This document shows positions 50,771-63,658 of a stretch of DNA of 64,000 nt, in pieces (the first letter of the stretch is position 1; every line of letters begins with the position of its first letter). The stretch spans positions 45,818,001 through 45,882,000 of the forward strand of contig NC_082727.1 of NCBI RefSeq assembly GCF_030144855.1, read 5' to 3'. The notes below the pieces were generated by a model. The model ran no database searches and was not told the origin of the DNA. It worked only from the letters and a program-made list of their open reading frames with translations. The position numbers were made by a program, and so were the translations under genes. The DNA comes from Hypanus sabinus. Taxonomy: Eukaryota.

Positions 50771-51789
50771 CTTCTGCAGTATGCAAATACAGCTTTAACT
50801 TCCTCATTTGACACCTCCACAGTCCAAATGGGTGAATACCCTCGTCTCTAATAAGATTTTCTTTTGTTATAGATTTTCTAGATGCCTGCATTGCATAGAA
50901 CAGGTAAATGTTTTAGATCAGAAAGAACAGGCATGAAAAGGGTGGACTCGGCATTTACAGCATTACAGTGCAGGCCCCATACGCTATTCCCAAGATGCTG
51001 CTAAGACAGGGGCCATTGCACTGAACAGAGCTGTCCAGTTCATTGCCAACAATTTAAAATCGAAAAATCAATGCAACTGTCACCATAACATACTGTTTTT
51101 GATTCTCTTTTGAAGCAAAACAAAATTCTGTATTGAGTAAATTACTAGTAGCTCATAGCAATTTGTTAATAATCTGAAATACATAAAAAATCTTTGCTTC
51201 TGGTAAGCTAACGATTTACAATGAAACATTGCTTTTACAGTTCAACCCAGCAGCGTGACAGTGTGGACTCTACTGTTACAATCAATAAAGCAGCCACTCA
51301 AGTGAAACTAAGCATTATCCATTTTCATCTTTCTGAGATACTGCAGCATGTTCGTTAAGGAAATCTCAAACAGCTGAAGTCACATGCTCATTAAATTATC
51401 CCACAGCCAACTACAATGACTTGACAAGTTCATTTTACAAGTGAACAAATGTTAAATTATCTGAATCTTACGGTTTGTAAGATTTTTAGTAGTGTTTATA
51501 GCTGTATTTACAATTTAAATTGGCAAAATTTACATCCACATACAAAACAACATTTTAATTTTAATTCTTAGCTATTAATAGCACATCACCAGTAATGGTT
51601 ACTCTCATGTTCCTACATAAATATTTCTGGTGCCTTTTTAGGAATACCTTGTATTTTCTCTTTAAGAGAATGAATTGATCTAAGCATGTTCAATACTGCA
51701 GATATGTTCAAAAAAAAAGAAAATGCATTATATGGTACTCAGCAGTGAATATGTAAAACTAAGCAAGGACAGAAAAACTAAAAAGCTTC

Positions 51790-53480
51790 CATAGTTTCAT
51801 GTCTGCCCAGGACTTATCCTGGAACTCTTCTACCTCTCATGTTAATGATCACCTTCAATTTCATCATATGAGATCACATTAGTTTCCACATGAAAACCTA
51901 CCTTACTAATGCCTCTATCGACCCCATTCGAGGTATTTAATCTCAGCCCAACACTAGGTACTTAAGAAAACTCATCCATCTAAATTTTCATAAGACCAAA
52001 GCTAGTGTTAACTCTCACTGCTACAAGCCTTCCTCCTGTTCCTGAAGCCACTCCGCTATTGATACCTGCATCACCTGTACTAAACAATAAATAATTGGCA
52101 TTATTTTTGACTCCACATTAACTGTGACCATATCTGTATATCTATGTTGTCATCAAGAGCATTTACTTTCACTTCTGAGATTTTAAATACCTCAATTAAT
52201 CTGCTGACACCCTTGTTCACATGTTTGTTCTAGACTTCACTAACCTAAAGAACTCTTGATTGGTCTTCCATATTATATCATACATTAAGGTTATACTAAA
52301 CAATGCTTGATCTAGTCCATCATCACCATCTTTCTTCTCGCCATTCATCAATTCTTATGGCTCAATGAACAGAAGTCACTCTGGCTTAACAACGGTTTGT
52401 TGACTTCCAGTGGTTTCTAGCTGAGTTATATATTAATTTACAGTCGGCCCTCTTTATCCGTGGGGTATTGGTTCCGAGAACCCCCCCCCCCCCCACGGAT
52501 ACCAAAAAATGCGGATGCTCAAGTCCCTCATTTAACCTGTCTCAATGCAGTGGACATTAGGACCCGGTGGTGCAGCTCTGAATCTGCAGTATTTCTGTTC
52601 ACGAAAATAATCACGATCATGATTGAAAATAAGGTGGAAGTAATAAAGCGATTGGAAAGAAGTGAAACGCCATCGGTCACTGGAAGCTGTTAGGCTAAAG
52701 TCGGTCAATGATCGGAACAATTTTAATGGAGCATGTGAAAGGCCCTGCCCCAATGAAAGCTCCAATTATTACTAAGCAACGCAGTGAATGAATTATTGAA
52801 ATACGTATGTTTCTTAAGTGTTTTATATGCATAGAAAAGTAAAATATGGACTATATACTAAGAAAAACATTTGACTTACGCTAAATAATACCGGATGTAC
52901 CTGTTCCGACTTCAAATCCGACTTAAAGACAGACTCAGGAGTGGAACTCATTCATAAAAGTACAGGCAGTCCCCGGGTTAAGTCATCTCTAGATTACTTA
53001 TAATACCTAATACAATGTAATGCTATGTAAATAGTTGTTATACTGTATTGTTTAGGGAATATTGACAAGCAAAAATAGTCTGTACATGCTCAAACAATGA
53101 GTGCTGGAGAGAGAACTTCTGGGTTTTCCCGATCTGCGGTTGGTTGAATCCGCGCATGCGGAATTCATGGATAAGGAGGGCCGACTATATTTTAGTTATA
53201 TCATTGATTTATATTTTCTGAGCTTTTGTCTTCAATGCTGCCATACTCTCCTCCTTCCCAAATCTAATCATCAGCTTTCAGACAGGAATCAAGGGATATT
53301 GGAACAGTGTAGGAAGATGAAGTTTATGTTCTAAGTTCTACATCTAGACATCTTCAGTCCTATTCTTTTGAGCATTTTAGTTACTCTTCTAATGATTACC
53401 AAAGTTCCAAACTCTGGAATACTTTTCCTAGACCTCTTTTTCAACCCTTCTTTAAGGGTCTAGCTTTGAATTGTAACTTT
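51790..53480 (+). mobile_element. Ancient L2-like LINE remnant hosting the Tigger element
   Basis: gacacccttgttcacatgtttgttctagac…ctcttgattggtcttcca resembles L2 TLVHAFV.SRLD…LLIGLP. Confidence 0.4.
52441..53187 (+). mobile_element. Tigger (TcMar-Tigger) internal-deletion derivative with MER2/Tigger3-like ends
   Basis: TA|CAGTCGGCCCTCTTTATCCGTG … CATGGATAAGGAGGGCCGACTA|TA; internal ITIMIENKVEVIKRLERSETPS is a CENP-B/psq-type HTH remnant. Confidence 0.85.
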
Positions 53481-54128
53481 GCCATAAGGGTCATTTATTT
53501 TGGGCAGAAGCAGCTGTGTTTACTCACGTCACTTCCCTCAGGCTTCTATTTTTTTCAAAAATAAAAATACAGATCTAATTTATTTGACAGTCATGTTAAT
53601 CACGAGGAAGTAATCTCAATAAATGCAGGCAACATACACCGTGATGCTGGAACATCAGAGGGTCATTAGTATCTGCACCTACAGCAGAAGATTAGATTAC
53701 TGAAGCTAACTTGTTCCCAACTAACCAGTGCTTTGGGAAAATAATTTTGAATCACCAACACTAATGATTCACGTTATCTTAGTATTGACAGAAATCTTAA
53801 AACTGACACATTTTTCCATAAATCTTGAACTGAAAGAAACCTTTTTTGATCAAACACTAAAAGTAAAATGCTGCTGCTGTTATATTGTCTATACCACATA
53901 CTAGGTAGATCTCAGTAATATGAACGAGCCAGCGATAGTTGGTAAAGATTTCTGTGAGTGATTAGGAATGCAATGAGTTGTTAAAGTATGAAGTAACTGG
54001 GTTGCATGAGTTTAAAAGGATTTTAATACTGAAAACTTCAGAATAATGTATATTAAGTAAAATTGCTAGGAGGTGCCTTAAATAAAAACCGAGAACAAAA
54101 CCTAGTAAGACATCAGCAGGGAATTCGA

Positions 54129-54172
54129 AAAATTGTAGGAAAATTGTAAATTGTAGGAAAAATTGTAGGAAA
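54129..54172. repeat. Short tandem repeat of aaattgtagga
   Basis: Three full copies and one partial copy. Confidence 0.8.
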
Positions 54173-54399
54173 TACACTCCAACAGAGAGCTGGTATGGGA
54201 ATAATGAAGGTAAGATGAAAGCAAAGACAAAGACTGATGATGTTTCCACTTTCATTCTGGCATGGAGCTTTGGACCAGAAATTTGCTTCGTCACTATCTA
54301 TGGTGCAAACTTAATTCTTAAACTGTTAGACACCATGGTGTAAAATGCTGCTGCATGGGATGATTTCTAAGATCCTTTGAGGAGTTTTTGACAGAAGAT

Positions 54400-54700
54400 A
54401 TATCACAATGACCGAGGTTCAATTCTGCCACTGTCACTATTGTTTAGCTTTATCAGCACATTGTACTTGTGATCTCATAGATTTCCTCTGGTGCTCTGGT
54501 TTCTTTCCGTGTCCCAAAGATGTGCTGATTCTTAGGTTAACTGACCACTGCAAATTACCTCGAGAATCAGTGGCCAGTGGGAGAATCAAGGGGGAAGAGA
54601 GAAGTTAATGGACGTATGAGAGAGAATAGGCTACTAGTTGATAGGAGTGCTCTGAGAACCACAAGGACTACAGACTAAATGGCCTGCTCTGTCATGAAGA
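54400..54700 (+). mobile_element. Decayed V-SINE
   Basis: gaggttcaattctg B-box; atttcctctggtgctctggtttctttccgtgtcccaaagatgtg V-domain. Confidence 0.55.
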
Positions 54701-55394
54701 GATATGAAATATGCAGGTAAAAATATAAAATATAAAAAAGCAAATGGTGCAAATGCTGTATATCTAAACCAATGTAAAAACAAAAGCAATCACACACAGT
54801 ACAAGTGCATTTTCAGATCCTATCATCTTTTTGTTCCTAGAGTTATCTTTTAAGTAATGCTGGACTCAATAAGATGCACTTTACATTCTATTCAATATTA
54901 GAAAGTGAAAAGGAACACTTCCCTCATACCAAGAATATGCCACTTAGAAAATGAAACTATTTTAATAGTTATTAGCAAGTTTGCTGAATTAATCTCTATT
55001 CACACATTTTTCTTTAACTACTTCAAAATACATCTTCAATTTCTGAAGATTCATGAATAGAAAGAAGTCTTAAAATTGATTCAGATGAAAATGGGAATGA
55101 GTAAAAATGCATTTTCACTGAAACAAAAAAACTAACTATAATCTACAATTGTTTTAATATGTTGTTCACCAATAAATTACTTATAGCTAAAAATGTTTAC
55201 TAACAAACTTCAATGAAATGAAGCTTAATTAGGTCAATCACTGGCTTGTCTGAATGTCTTTAGGAGATAAAGAGTGTTTATCCACCAAATTCTACTGCAC
55301 CTACTTTTCCACCTTTGTGGTTGCTGCAAAGATCTATGGTGTAAGCTGAATTAGACAGTAGGTGTATGCTCAAGCTACTACTGCTAAATGTTTT

Positions 55395-55650
55395 TATTTA
55401 TTTTATTGAGATATAGTGCGGAATAGGCCTTTCCAGCCCTTTCAGCTGTGTTCCTCAGTCCCCCAATTTAACTCTAGCCTAATCACGGGACAATTTACAA
55501 TGACCAATTAACCTATCAACCAGTAGGTCTTTGGACTGTGGGAGGAAGCTCATATTGTCACAGGGAGAACGTACAAACTCTTTACAGGCAGAGATGGGAA
55601 TTGAACCCAGGTTGCTGGTATTGTAAAGCACTATGCTACTGTACTGCTCT
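55395..55650 (-). mobile_element. V-SINE (HE1-like)
   Basis: Reverse complement of the 24745 SINE; B-box gggaattgaacc. Confidence 0.85.
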
Positions 55651-58024
55651 AATGTAAATATTCAAGTTAAGTCTTAATGCTTCTTGAAAAGCTATAAACC
55701 AAAGCAATCACTTTTAATTCCTCCAAATGAAAACATTTCAATTGCTTTTGTGATGAATTTGGTGTTGGAGTTAAAGGCTCCTTGGAACACCAAAAATAGA
55801 TTAAATCCAATTTCTAAGCAGATATGGCACATACAATCTACTAAACTATGCCTAAAAGCTTTGATTTCAGTATTGGGAATTTTAAAAAGAGTAAGGAATA
55901 AAACTTTCTTACACTATTCTTGAGTGATTCAGGTACCTCAAATGTAAAAGCACAACGTTTACATAGGTTTTATTATAAATATTTATATTGGCGCCACTGT
56001 AATTTCTGGCATAATAGGCATTAGAAAACATTATGTTTCTGACAAGAATGTGTGATATTCTAAAGATACAGATCTATGGCACCAATCTTAGGTGGTTCCT
56101 GAATGTGATTTCTGATATCAAGTTATTCTAAATAAAGTTCACCAACTACTCTGATATTTAAAATTTATTGAAGCAAAACAATTACGGGACTAGCAATATT
56201 AGACTTCTTATTTATACTGAAATGTATAAGCCTCACAAGTATTTGTAATACTAATTACCTACCATTTACAAAACTTGCTTAAGATCATGAAAATCTGTCA
56301 ATTTTATTCTCTGAATTTCTGTTTTTCTTCTTCCAAAATGGTTAAGACTTCAGCAACCACTTGGGGAGTATTGAGGGCATCTGAGCAGGGATACTCTTCG
56401 AGGAAGGGAAGATCTGAGACTTCAGCGGGGCTGCAGTAAAAATCAAAAACTGCGGTGAAGGCCCAAGACAACCTGTGACCACTGTCACAGGACAGAATTA
56501 TTACAACATATATTAAATTAAAATGCATGTACATGAAACATTAATGGAGCAACTAACATTAACACAATTAAATTCTGCACAAAAGAGTAACCGGCTGGAA
56601 TGGAAACAAACTATTATTGGAGAAACAAAAAAAATTGAAAAATGTTTAATGGTATCTATGATGATTGGAAAGTAATTCTTTATAAAGACATAAAAAAGGT
56701 AAATCAAAAAAACTTAATGTTAACATGTATTACACTCGGATCTTATTTTTAGTCATTATTTTTTTGAAATATGTTTGTAACTTGCATTCTCTCTTATCTT
56801 CTAACTCAAACAGAAACACCACAGTAAGACAGGCACAGGAACTGCTTTTTAGCTGAAGTCTGCTCTGCCTTTCAGTGAGATCGTGGTTGATCAGTTGTCT
56901 AGTTCTCTTGGCCCTTTGCCTCATTATCAAATAATTCTGGTTCAGAAAAATTCTATGATTTAAAAGTAATCACTGGCTTTATAACAATCCCCATTTCAAT
57001 CTCTGCCATCAGCAAGCAGAAGCTCTGAAATTCACTCCTGAAAAGCCCCTCTTACTTTAGTACTAAAAACTTCTCAATCATCATTTCTCCTTCTTGTGAT
57101 TTTATGTTTACATTTAACACCTTGAAAACTTTAATCCAAATGGGATCACATTTATACCTAGTGTAACTTTTCCTTTTCATTTAATCTTAAGAGTCCAGTT
57201 ATGATCTGATGTATTCCTTAATTTATCCTTCCTAATGCATGTCTCCAGAACTGTACAGTACAGTGTACTCCTGATGTGGTCAAAAAGGGACTCGCTACAG
57301 CTCTAGCACAAATTCCAGCTACTTGAACCACTGTTCTATAGATATACAGTAAATAATCATCTCTACGATGTATATCAGTCACTTTGTTGATGTAGTTAGA
57401 CCAAATACCAAAATCAAATCTATCCTAGTCTCTCTGAACACGTAAATCTTCCAACTTTATCACCTTTATCACTGAGCAAATACTCAGTTCTAACCTTTTT
57501 ATATCAGAAATGAATAATTTCAGAATTAACAAAATAAAAATATATTTTAGATATTTTTGATCCTTTGCATCATATTTAATAATTTAATGCTTTATTTACA
57601 TTGATTACAATTTTGCCTATCTTTATGTTCAGCTGATCTCTCTAGTTTCTCTGTTCCATTCCCCAAAAATGTCAGTGACACCTGCAATCTGGATATTGAA
57701 AGGAATTATTCTTAAAGTAGAAGAACTACGTAATTGTTTTCCCTACATCCTTTAAAACTGAGATGCAAACCATTTGATGTTGTATCTGTCTTCATTTAAT
57801 AAGTTATTTATCTTCTGTTTATTTTGGAAAGCCCTCGACTCTGATTCAATATAAATTTCCTCACAATATTCAGGACGCTGTTCTCCTTCTCATATTTAAA
57901 TACAAATACAAATCATTACATCTGTCATTTCCTTATTTACAATAGGCTTCATTATGTTTACCTTGCTGCTCTAACCATTAGCTGACTCTGTGGGTGCAAT
58001 AAAGTTCACTCTGCCAGTGAGCAA

Positions 58025-58375
58025 GACATAGAAAACCTACAGCACAAAACAAGCCCTTTGGCCCACAAAGCTGTGCCAAACACGTCCTTACTTTAGAACA
58101 ACTTAGGTTTACCCATTGCCCTCTATTTTTCTAAGCTTCATGTACCGATCTAGGAGTCTCTTAAAACATGCTATCGTTACCGCCTCCACCACCACCGCCT
58201 GCAGCCCATTCCACGCACTCACCACTCTGCGTAAAAAAACTTACCCCTGATATCTCCTCTGTACCTACTTTCAAACACCTTAAAACTATGCCCTCTCGTG
58301 CTAGCCATTTCAGCACTGGGAAAAAGCCTCTGACTATCCCACATGATCAATGCCTCTCATTATCTTGTACACCCA
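58025..58375 (-). mobile_element. CR1 3' end
   Basis: catagaaaacctacagcaca tail; ttaaaactatgccctctcgtgctagccatttcagc. Confidence 0.85.
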
Positions 58376-58899
58376 AGTAGTTACTGGGAACCTGCCCAGG
58401 ACTGCACTGTTGGTCATTCAGTAACTTTTGCTAGCATGACCTTTTAAGTTGTTCGTAAATGCCTAACAAGAGACATTTAAAAAACAGCTGAAACCAAATT
58501 TTAAAAATTAAAGATTTGACAATTAAAAATAACAAAAATGTTTATATTTTACTGAAACTGTATTTTAAAGTCTTTTAACTTTTTCCATAAGATTTGGCTG
58601 GCATCATGCTAAAATCTAGTACTTCAGCTCAGTGTGACTGAGCTTTTTCCTGAAGTTGATGCTAATGTTCTCTGGTGGAGCTGAAGGTCAGATGCACTGG
58701 CATCTGCATTGCGAATGCACTAATTTACCATTGTGTTAGCCATTACTTTCCTGCAGTATCATTGGCTAGAGGGGAGTATGATGGGGATCTTAATAATCAG
58801 TTGAAATGTCTTTAATTTTATTGCCAATTTCCATCTTACACTTTCCTCTGAGCTGCATTTGACTCTTCCCTTTCCATTGACTTCTTCATCTCCATTTCA

Positions 58900-59495
58900 G
58901 AGGATACATAAGTAACTAACACCCAATCCACCCCCTTTCACAGCTATCTCCCTATATCACTTATGCAATTCGCTGCTTGACTCTTCCATCTTCACCAACT
59001 ACTCCCTTTCTCAAGGTACTTTCCCATGCAACCACATCAGATGTAACACCAGACTTTTTGCTTTGTTCATTCCCAGCTTGCTGGTACCCAAGCAAGTCTA
59101 CTAGCTGCAACAGCAAATTACTTGTATTTTTTCAACCTGTGTAAAATAAGTGGTTCTGATGATGTGATCTCCTATACAGGGGTCAAACCAAACACAGATT
59201 GAGTGACCACTTTGCAAGATTAGTCCACTCAGTCCCTGTGCTTCCAGTCACATTATCATTTTAATTCTCTATCCCAACCACAACATCTCACAGATGGCTT
59301 CCCACTGTTCCAATGTAAGCTCCTTAAGTTCTGCCAAGGCACACTTCATCCATCAGCATTCACCAATGAATTCAAAAATTTCAGAAAACCAGCCTTGTCT
59401 GTATATCTAGCCCGTTCAAATAAAGTCAGCCATATATATTATTTCAGTTTTCCTCTCTCTACAGATGCTACCTGATCTGCTGAGTACTTCCAACA
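58900..59495 (+). mobile_element. Very decayed Penelope-like fragment
   Basis: Degenerate GIY-YIG region and gatgctacctgatctgctgagtacttccaaca tail. Confidence 0.5.
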
Positions 59496-59874
59496 CACCA
59501 TTACTGTAACAGAAACAACAGCTTAGACTATTTAAGAATAATTACTTATTTGCTAGCTGTATGTTTATGTTAGAAGTGGAGCACATTGACCAAGGAAGCA
59601 CAAGTGATACAACAGAGTTAAGTTCATGCAAATATATTGGGTTCTGAAAGAAAGTTTAAGCTGAGTGTGCTTTCCATGATATTGTATAAATAATCATTTA
59701 TGTAAATGTTACAGTTCAGGCTTCATTCAAATTCTCCTTACTTTCCCATATTAAGCAAGATTATTAAAGGTTATTGTATAAACTGGAGAACTTTGCTGTG
59801 AATGAACAATAGGTTTAATATTTCTAGATTTAAAATGATGCTTCCATGACTACAGAGTGAATACCATTACGATA

Positions 59875-61485
59875 CAGTGGCATGCAAAAGTTTGGGCACC
59901 CTGGTCAAAATTTCTGTTACTATGAATAGTTAAGTGTGTAGAAGATGAACTGATCTCCAAAAGTCATAAAGTTAAAGATGAAACATTCTTTTCAACATTT
60001 TAAGCAAGATTGGTGTATTATTTTTGTTTTGTACAACTTTAGAGTGAAAAAAAAGGAAAGGAGCACCATGCAAAAGTTTGGGCACCCCAAAAGATTTGAG
60101 CTCTCAAATAACTTTTGCCAAGGTCTCAGACCTTAATTAGCTTGTTAGGGCTATGGCTTGTTCATAGTCATCATTAGGAAAGGCCAGGTGATGCAAATTT
60201 CAAAGCTTTATAAATACCCTGACTCCTCAAATCTTGTCCCAACAATCAGCAGCTATGGGCTCCTCTAAGCAGCTGCCTAGGACTCTGAAAATTAAAATAA
60301 ATGATGCCCACAAAGCAGGAGAAGGCTATAAGAAGATAGCAAAGCATTTTCAGGTAGCCGTTTCCTCAGTTCGTAATGTAATTAAGAAATGGCAGTTAAC
60401 AGGAACGGTAGAGGTCAAGTTGAGGTCTGGAAGACCAAGAAAACTTTCCAAGAGAACTGCTCGTACGATTACTAGAAAGGCAAATCAAACCCCCGTTTGA
60501 CTACAAAAGACCTTCAGGAAGATTAAGTAGACTCTGGTGTGGTGGTGTATTGTTCTACTGTGCAGCAACACCTGCACAAATATAACCTTCATGGAAGAGT
60601 CATCAGAAGAAAATCTTGTCTGCGTCCTCACCACAAAATTCACTGTCATAAGTTTGCAAAGGAACATCTAAACAAGCCTGAGGCATTTTAGAAACAAGCC
60701 TCGTGGCCTAATGAAGTTAAAATAGAACTCCTTGGCTGCAATGATCAAAGGTATGTTTGGAGAAAAAAGGGTGCAGAATTTCATGAAAAGAACACCTCTC
60801 CAACTGTTAAGTACGGGGCTGGATCAATCATGCTTTGGGTTTGTGTTGTAGCCAGTGGCATGGGGAACATTTCACTGGTGGAGGGAAGAATGAATTCAAT
60901 TAAATACCAGCAAATTCTGGAAGCAAACATCACACCATCTGTAAAAAAGCTGAAGATGAAAAGAGGATAGCTTCTACAACAGGATAATAATCCTAAACAC
61001 ACCTCAAAATCCACAATGACTACCTCAAGAGGTACAAGCTGAAGGTTTTGCCATGGCCCTCATGGTCCCCTGACATAAACATCATTGAAAATCTGTGGAT
61101 AGACCTCAAAAGAGCAGTGCATGTAAGATGGCCCAAGAATCTCACAGAACTAGAAGCCTTTTGCAAGGAATAATGGGCAAAAATCCCCCAAACAAGAACA
61201 GAAAGTCTCTTAGCTGGCTACAGAAAGTATTTACAAGCTGTGATACTTGCCAAAGGGGGTTTTACTAAGTACTGACCATGCAGGGTGCCCAAACTTTTGC
61301 TTTGGGCCCTTTTCCTTTTTTGTTATTTTGAAACTGTAAAAGATGGAAATAAAAAAAGTAATCATGCTTAAAATATTAAAGAAATGTGTCATCATGTCTT
61401 TATTGCTTTTGGAAATCAGGATATCTTTAACTTGCTTAGCTTCTCATAGTAACAGAAATTTTGACTGGGGGTACCCATGCCACTG
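59875..61485 (+). mobile_element. Full-length (1611 bp) IR/DR-type Tc1 transposon, DD34E, inactive
   Basis: TA|CAGTGGCATGCAAAAGTTTGGGCACCC … CATGCCACTG|TA; TIRs about 210 bp with inner DRs at 60067-60088 and 61283-61300. Confidence 0.95.
60255..61275 (+). pseudogene. Tc1 transposase pseudogene
   Basis: MGSSKQL…GEGYKKIAKHF…SGRPRK; WPNE (first catalytic D to N); QQDNNPKH; WSPDINIIENLW; ends GGFTKY*. Several stops and frameshifts. Confidence 0.93.
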
Positions 61486-62314
61486 TATATAGTTACATGA
61501 GCTTTTACTGTAGTATGAATAGAGACACTTAACAGAAGCATTACTAAGCAAGTTTGTTATGAAACTGGAGAAAATAAAGATGTTTTCAAACTTGGATGGA
61601 GTGGTGTTAAAGATTCAGCAAAGGAATAGAGAACTTAGCAGCTAATTAGAAATGTGCAATATGTCACAATTGAAGGAGCACAGATATCATCAACAACTGA
61701 GCGTTAATAAGAACAATACAAAGGACACGTTGCCTCCAGAGATGACAAATCAAACAGACACTTCTGCAAAAAGTTACACTATCAAATAGGATTATTTACC
61801 AGTAAGCAGTTTACAAAGATTAGTTGCAGGGATGTGGGCTTCACAGGCTGAGCAAGCACTTGATTTCCCACCCTCTTTGCCCTTGAGAAGATGGTGGCGA
61901 GCTGTCATCCTGAACCACTGCAGTCCTTAAGGTGTGTGTATGCCAACAATGCTCTCACTGAGCTACAAGATTTTTATCAAGTGACAGTAAAGTTACCATG
62001 ATATATTTTCAAGTCTGAATGGTATGTGACTGGGAGGGCAACCTCTGGATGGTGGCGTGCCTCTGTATTTTCTCCCTTTTCCTTTTAGCTGGTAGAGGTC
62101 ATGAGTTTGGAAGGTACCATATAAGGCGTCCTGATGAATTGCTGCTATGCAGTAGATGGTACAAACTGCTGCTACTGTTGGTTGGGAGTGGTGTAAATAA
62201 ATGATTATGCCTACCAAGCAGACTGCATGTCCTGTATGGCATCGAGCTTCCTGAAGCTGTCCTCACCCAGAGTAAGTGAAGAGTGTTTTATCATGCTGCA
62301 ATTTGGTAATTCAA

Positions 62315-62447
62315 ACCATAAATTTAAGAGACTACTAGACAGGTATACGGAGGAATTTAAGGTGGGGGGGTTATATGGGAGGCAGGGTTTAAATATTGGT
62401 ACAACATTGTGAGCCGAAGGGCCAGTACTGTATTGTATTATTCTATC
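62315..62447 (+). mobile_element. CR1 3' tail
   Basis: FKRLLDRY…; acaacattgtgagccgaagggccagtactgtattgtattattctat. Confidence 0.75.
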
Positions 62448-62888
62448 CCCCTCCAAATTCAAATCTTATTATTCACCAAGATTAGAATTTCACATGAAAA
62501 AACTCTCCATAAAAACAGGAGTACCCTGTTTGCACCCAAAGAACTAAAGTAAGGAAACTCCAGATAAACAGTACTGAATTTATATATGCGGTACAGATAA
62601 TCTGGCATGTTTGGGACATTGTTACAGGATTTTTTTGGACTATTGGATGATATTCCCTCCTTTCTCTATTCCCTACTGTGCCCATTCACTTCTTCTCACT
62701 AGCCTATCACTTCTCCTGCGTCCCCGTCTCCTTCCCTTTCTCCTATGGCCTACTCTGCATGAGAAAAGAGACACTGTTCAGTTAAAAGAGAACATGGGAG
62801 CCAGCAACTCAGAAGGGAGTTTGCAAACTAGGGTCCTAGAAAGTCAGAAGGGCAAACCAGATGCCAAACATCAAGAGTTCTGAATAGT

Positions 62889-63658
62889 CAAGTCAAGTCA
62901 AGTTACTTCTTATTGTCATTTTGACCATAACTGCTGGTACAGTACACAGTAAAAACAAGACATTTTTCAGGACCATAGTGCTCCATGAAACAGTACAAAA
63001 ACTACACTGAACTACATAAAAACAGAAAAAAAACTACACTAGGCTACCCAGGACTGCATAAAGTGCAGAAAACTGTGCAGGCATTACAATAAATAATAGA
63101 CAAGACAACAGACATAGTAGAGGGCAGTAAGTTGGTGTCAGTCCAGGCTCTGGGTATTGAAGAGTCTGATAGCTTGGCGGAAGAAACTGTTACATTGCCT
63201 GGTCACAAGAGCCCAAATGCTTTGGTGCCTTTTCCCAGATGGCAGGAGGGAGAAAAGTTTGTATGAGGCGTGCATGGGGTCCTTCATAATGCTGCTTGCA
63301 GTGTAAATGTCTGTAATGGCGGGAAGAGAAACCCTGATGATCTTCTCAGCTGACCTCACTATCTGCTGCAGGGTCTTGTGATCCGAGATGGTGCAATTTC
63401 TGCTCAGGATGCTCTCAATACAACCCCTGTAGAATGTGATGAGGATTGGGGGGGGGGGGGGGGGTGGGAGATGGACTTTCCTCAGTCTTCGCAGAAAGTA
63501 GAGAAGCTGCTGGGCTTTCTTTGCTATGGAGCTAGTGTTGAGGGACCAGGTGAGATTCTTCACCAGGTGAACACCAAGAAATTTGGTGCTCTTAATGATC
63601 TCTACTGAGGAACCGTCGATGTTCAGCAGGGAGTGGTCACTCCGTGCCCTCCTGAAGC
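62889..63658 (-). mobile_element. Rex1/Babar LINE 3' end
   Basis: KFLGVH…NLTWSLNTSSIAKKAQQLLYFLRRLRK…FYRGCIESIL; (agtca)n tail; tagt/tagt flanks. Confidence 0.9.

Noticed and set aside
56304-56534. ORF ending …PQVVAEV, resembling the DVAE end of exon 2
   Set aside because: No phase-1 GT donor after GAA G (the next bases are TC) and no WCFSQ motif.
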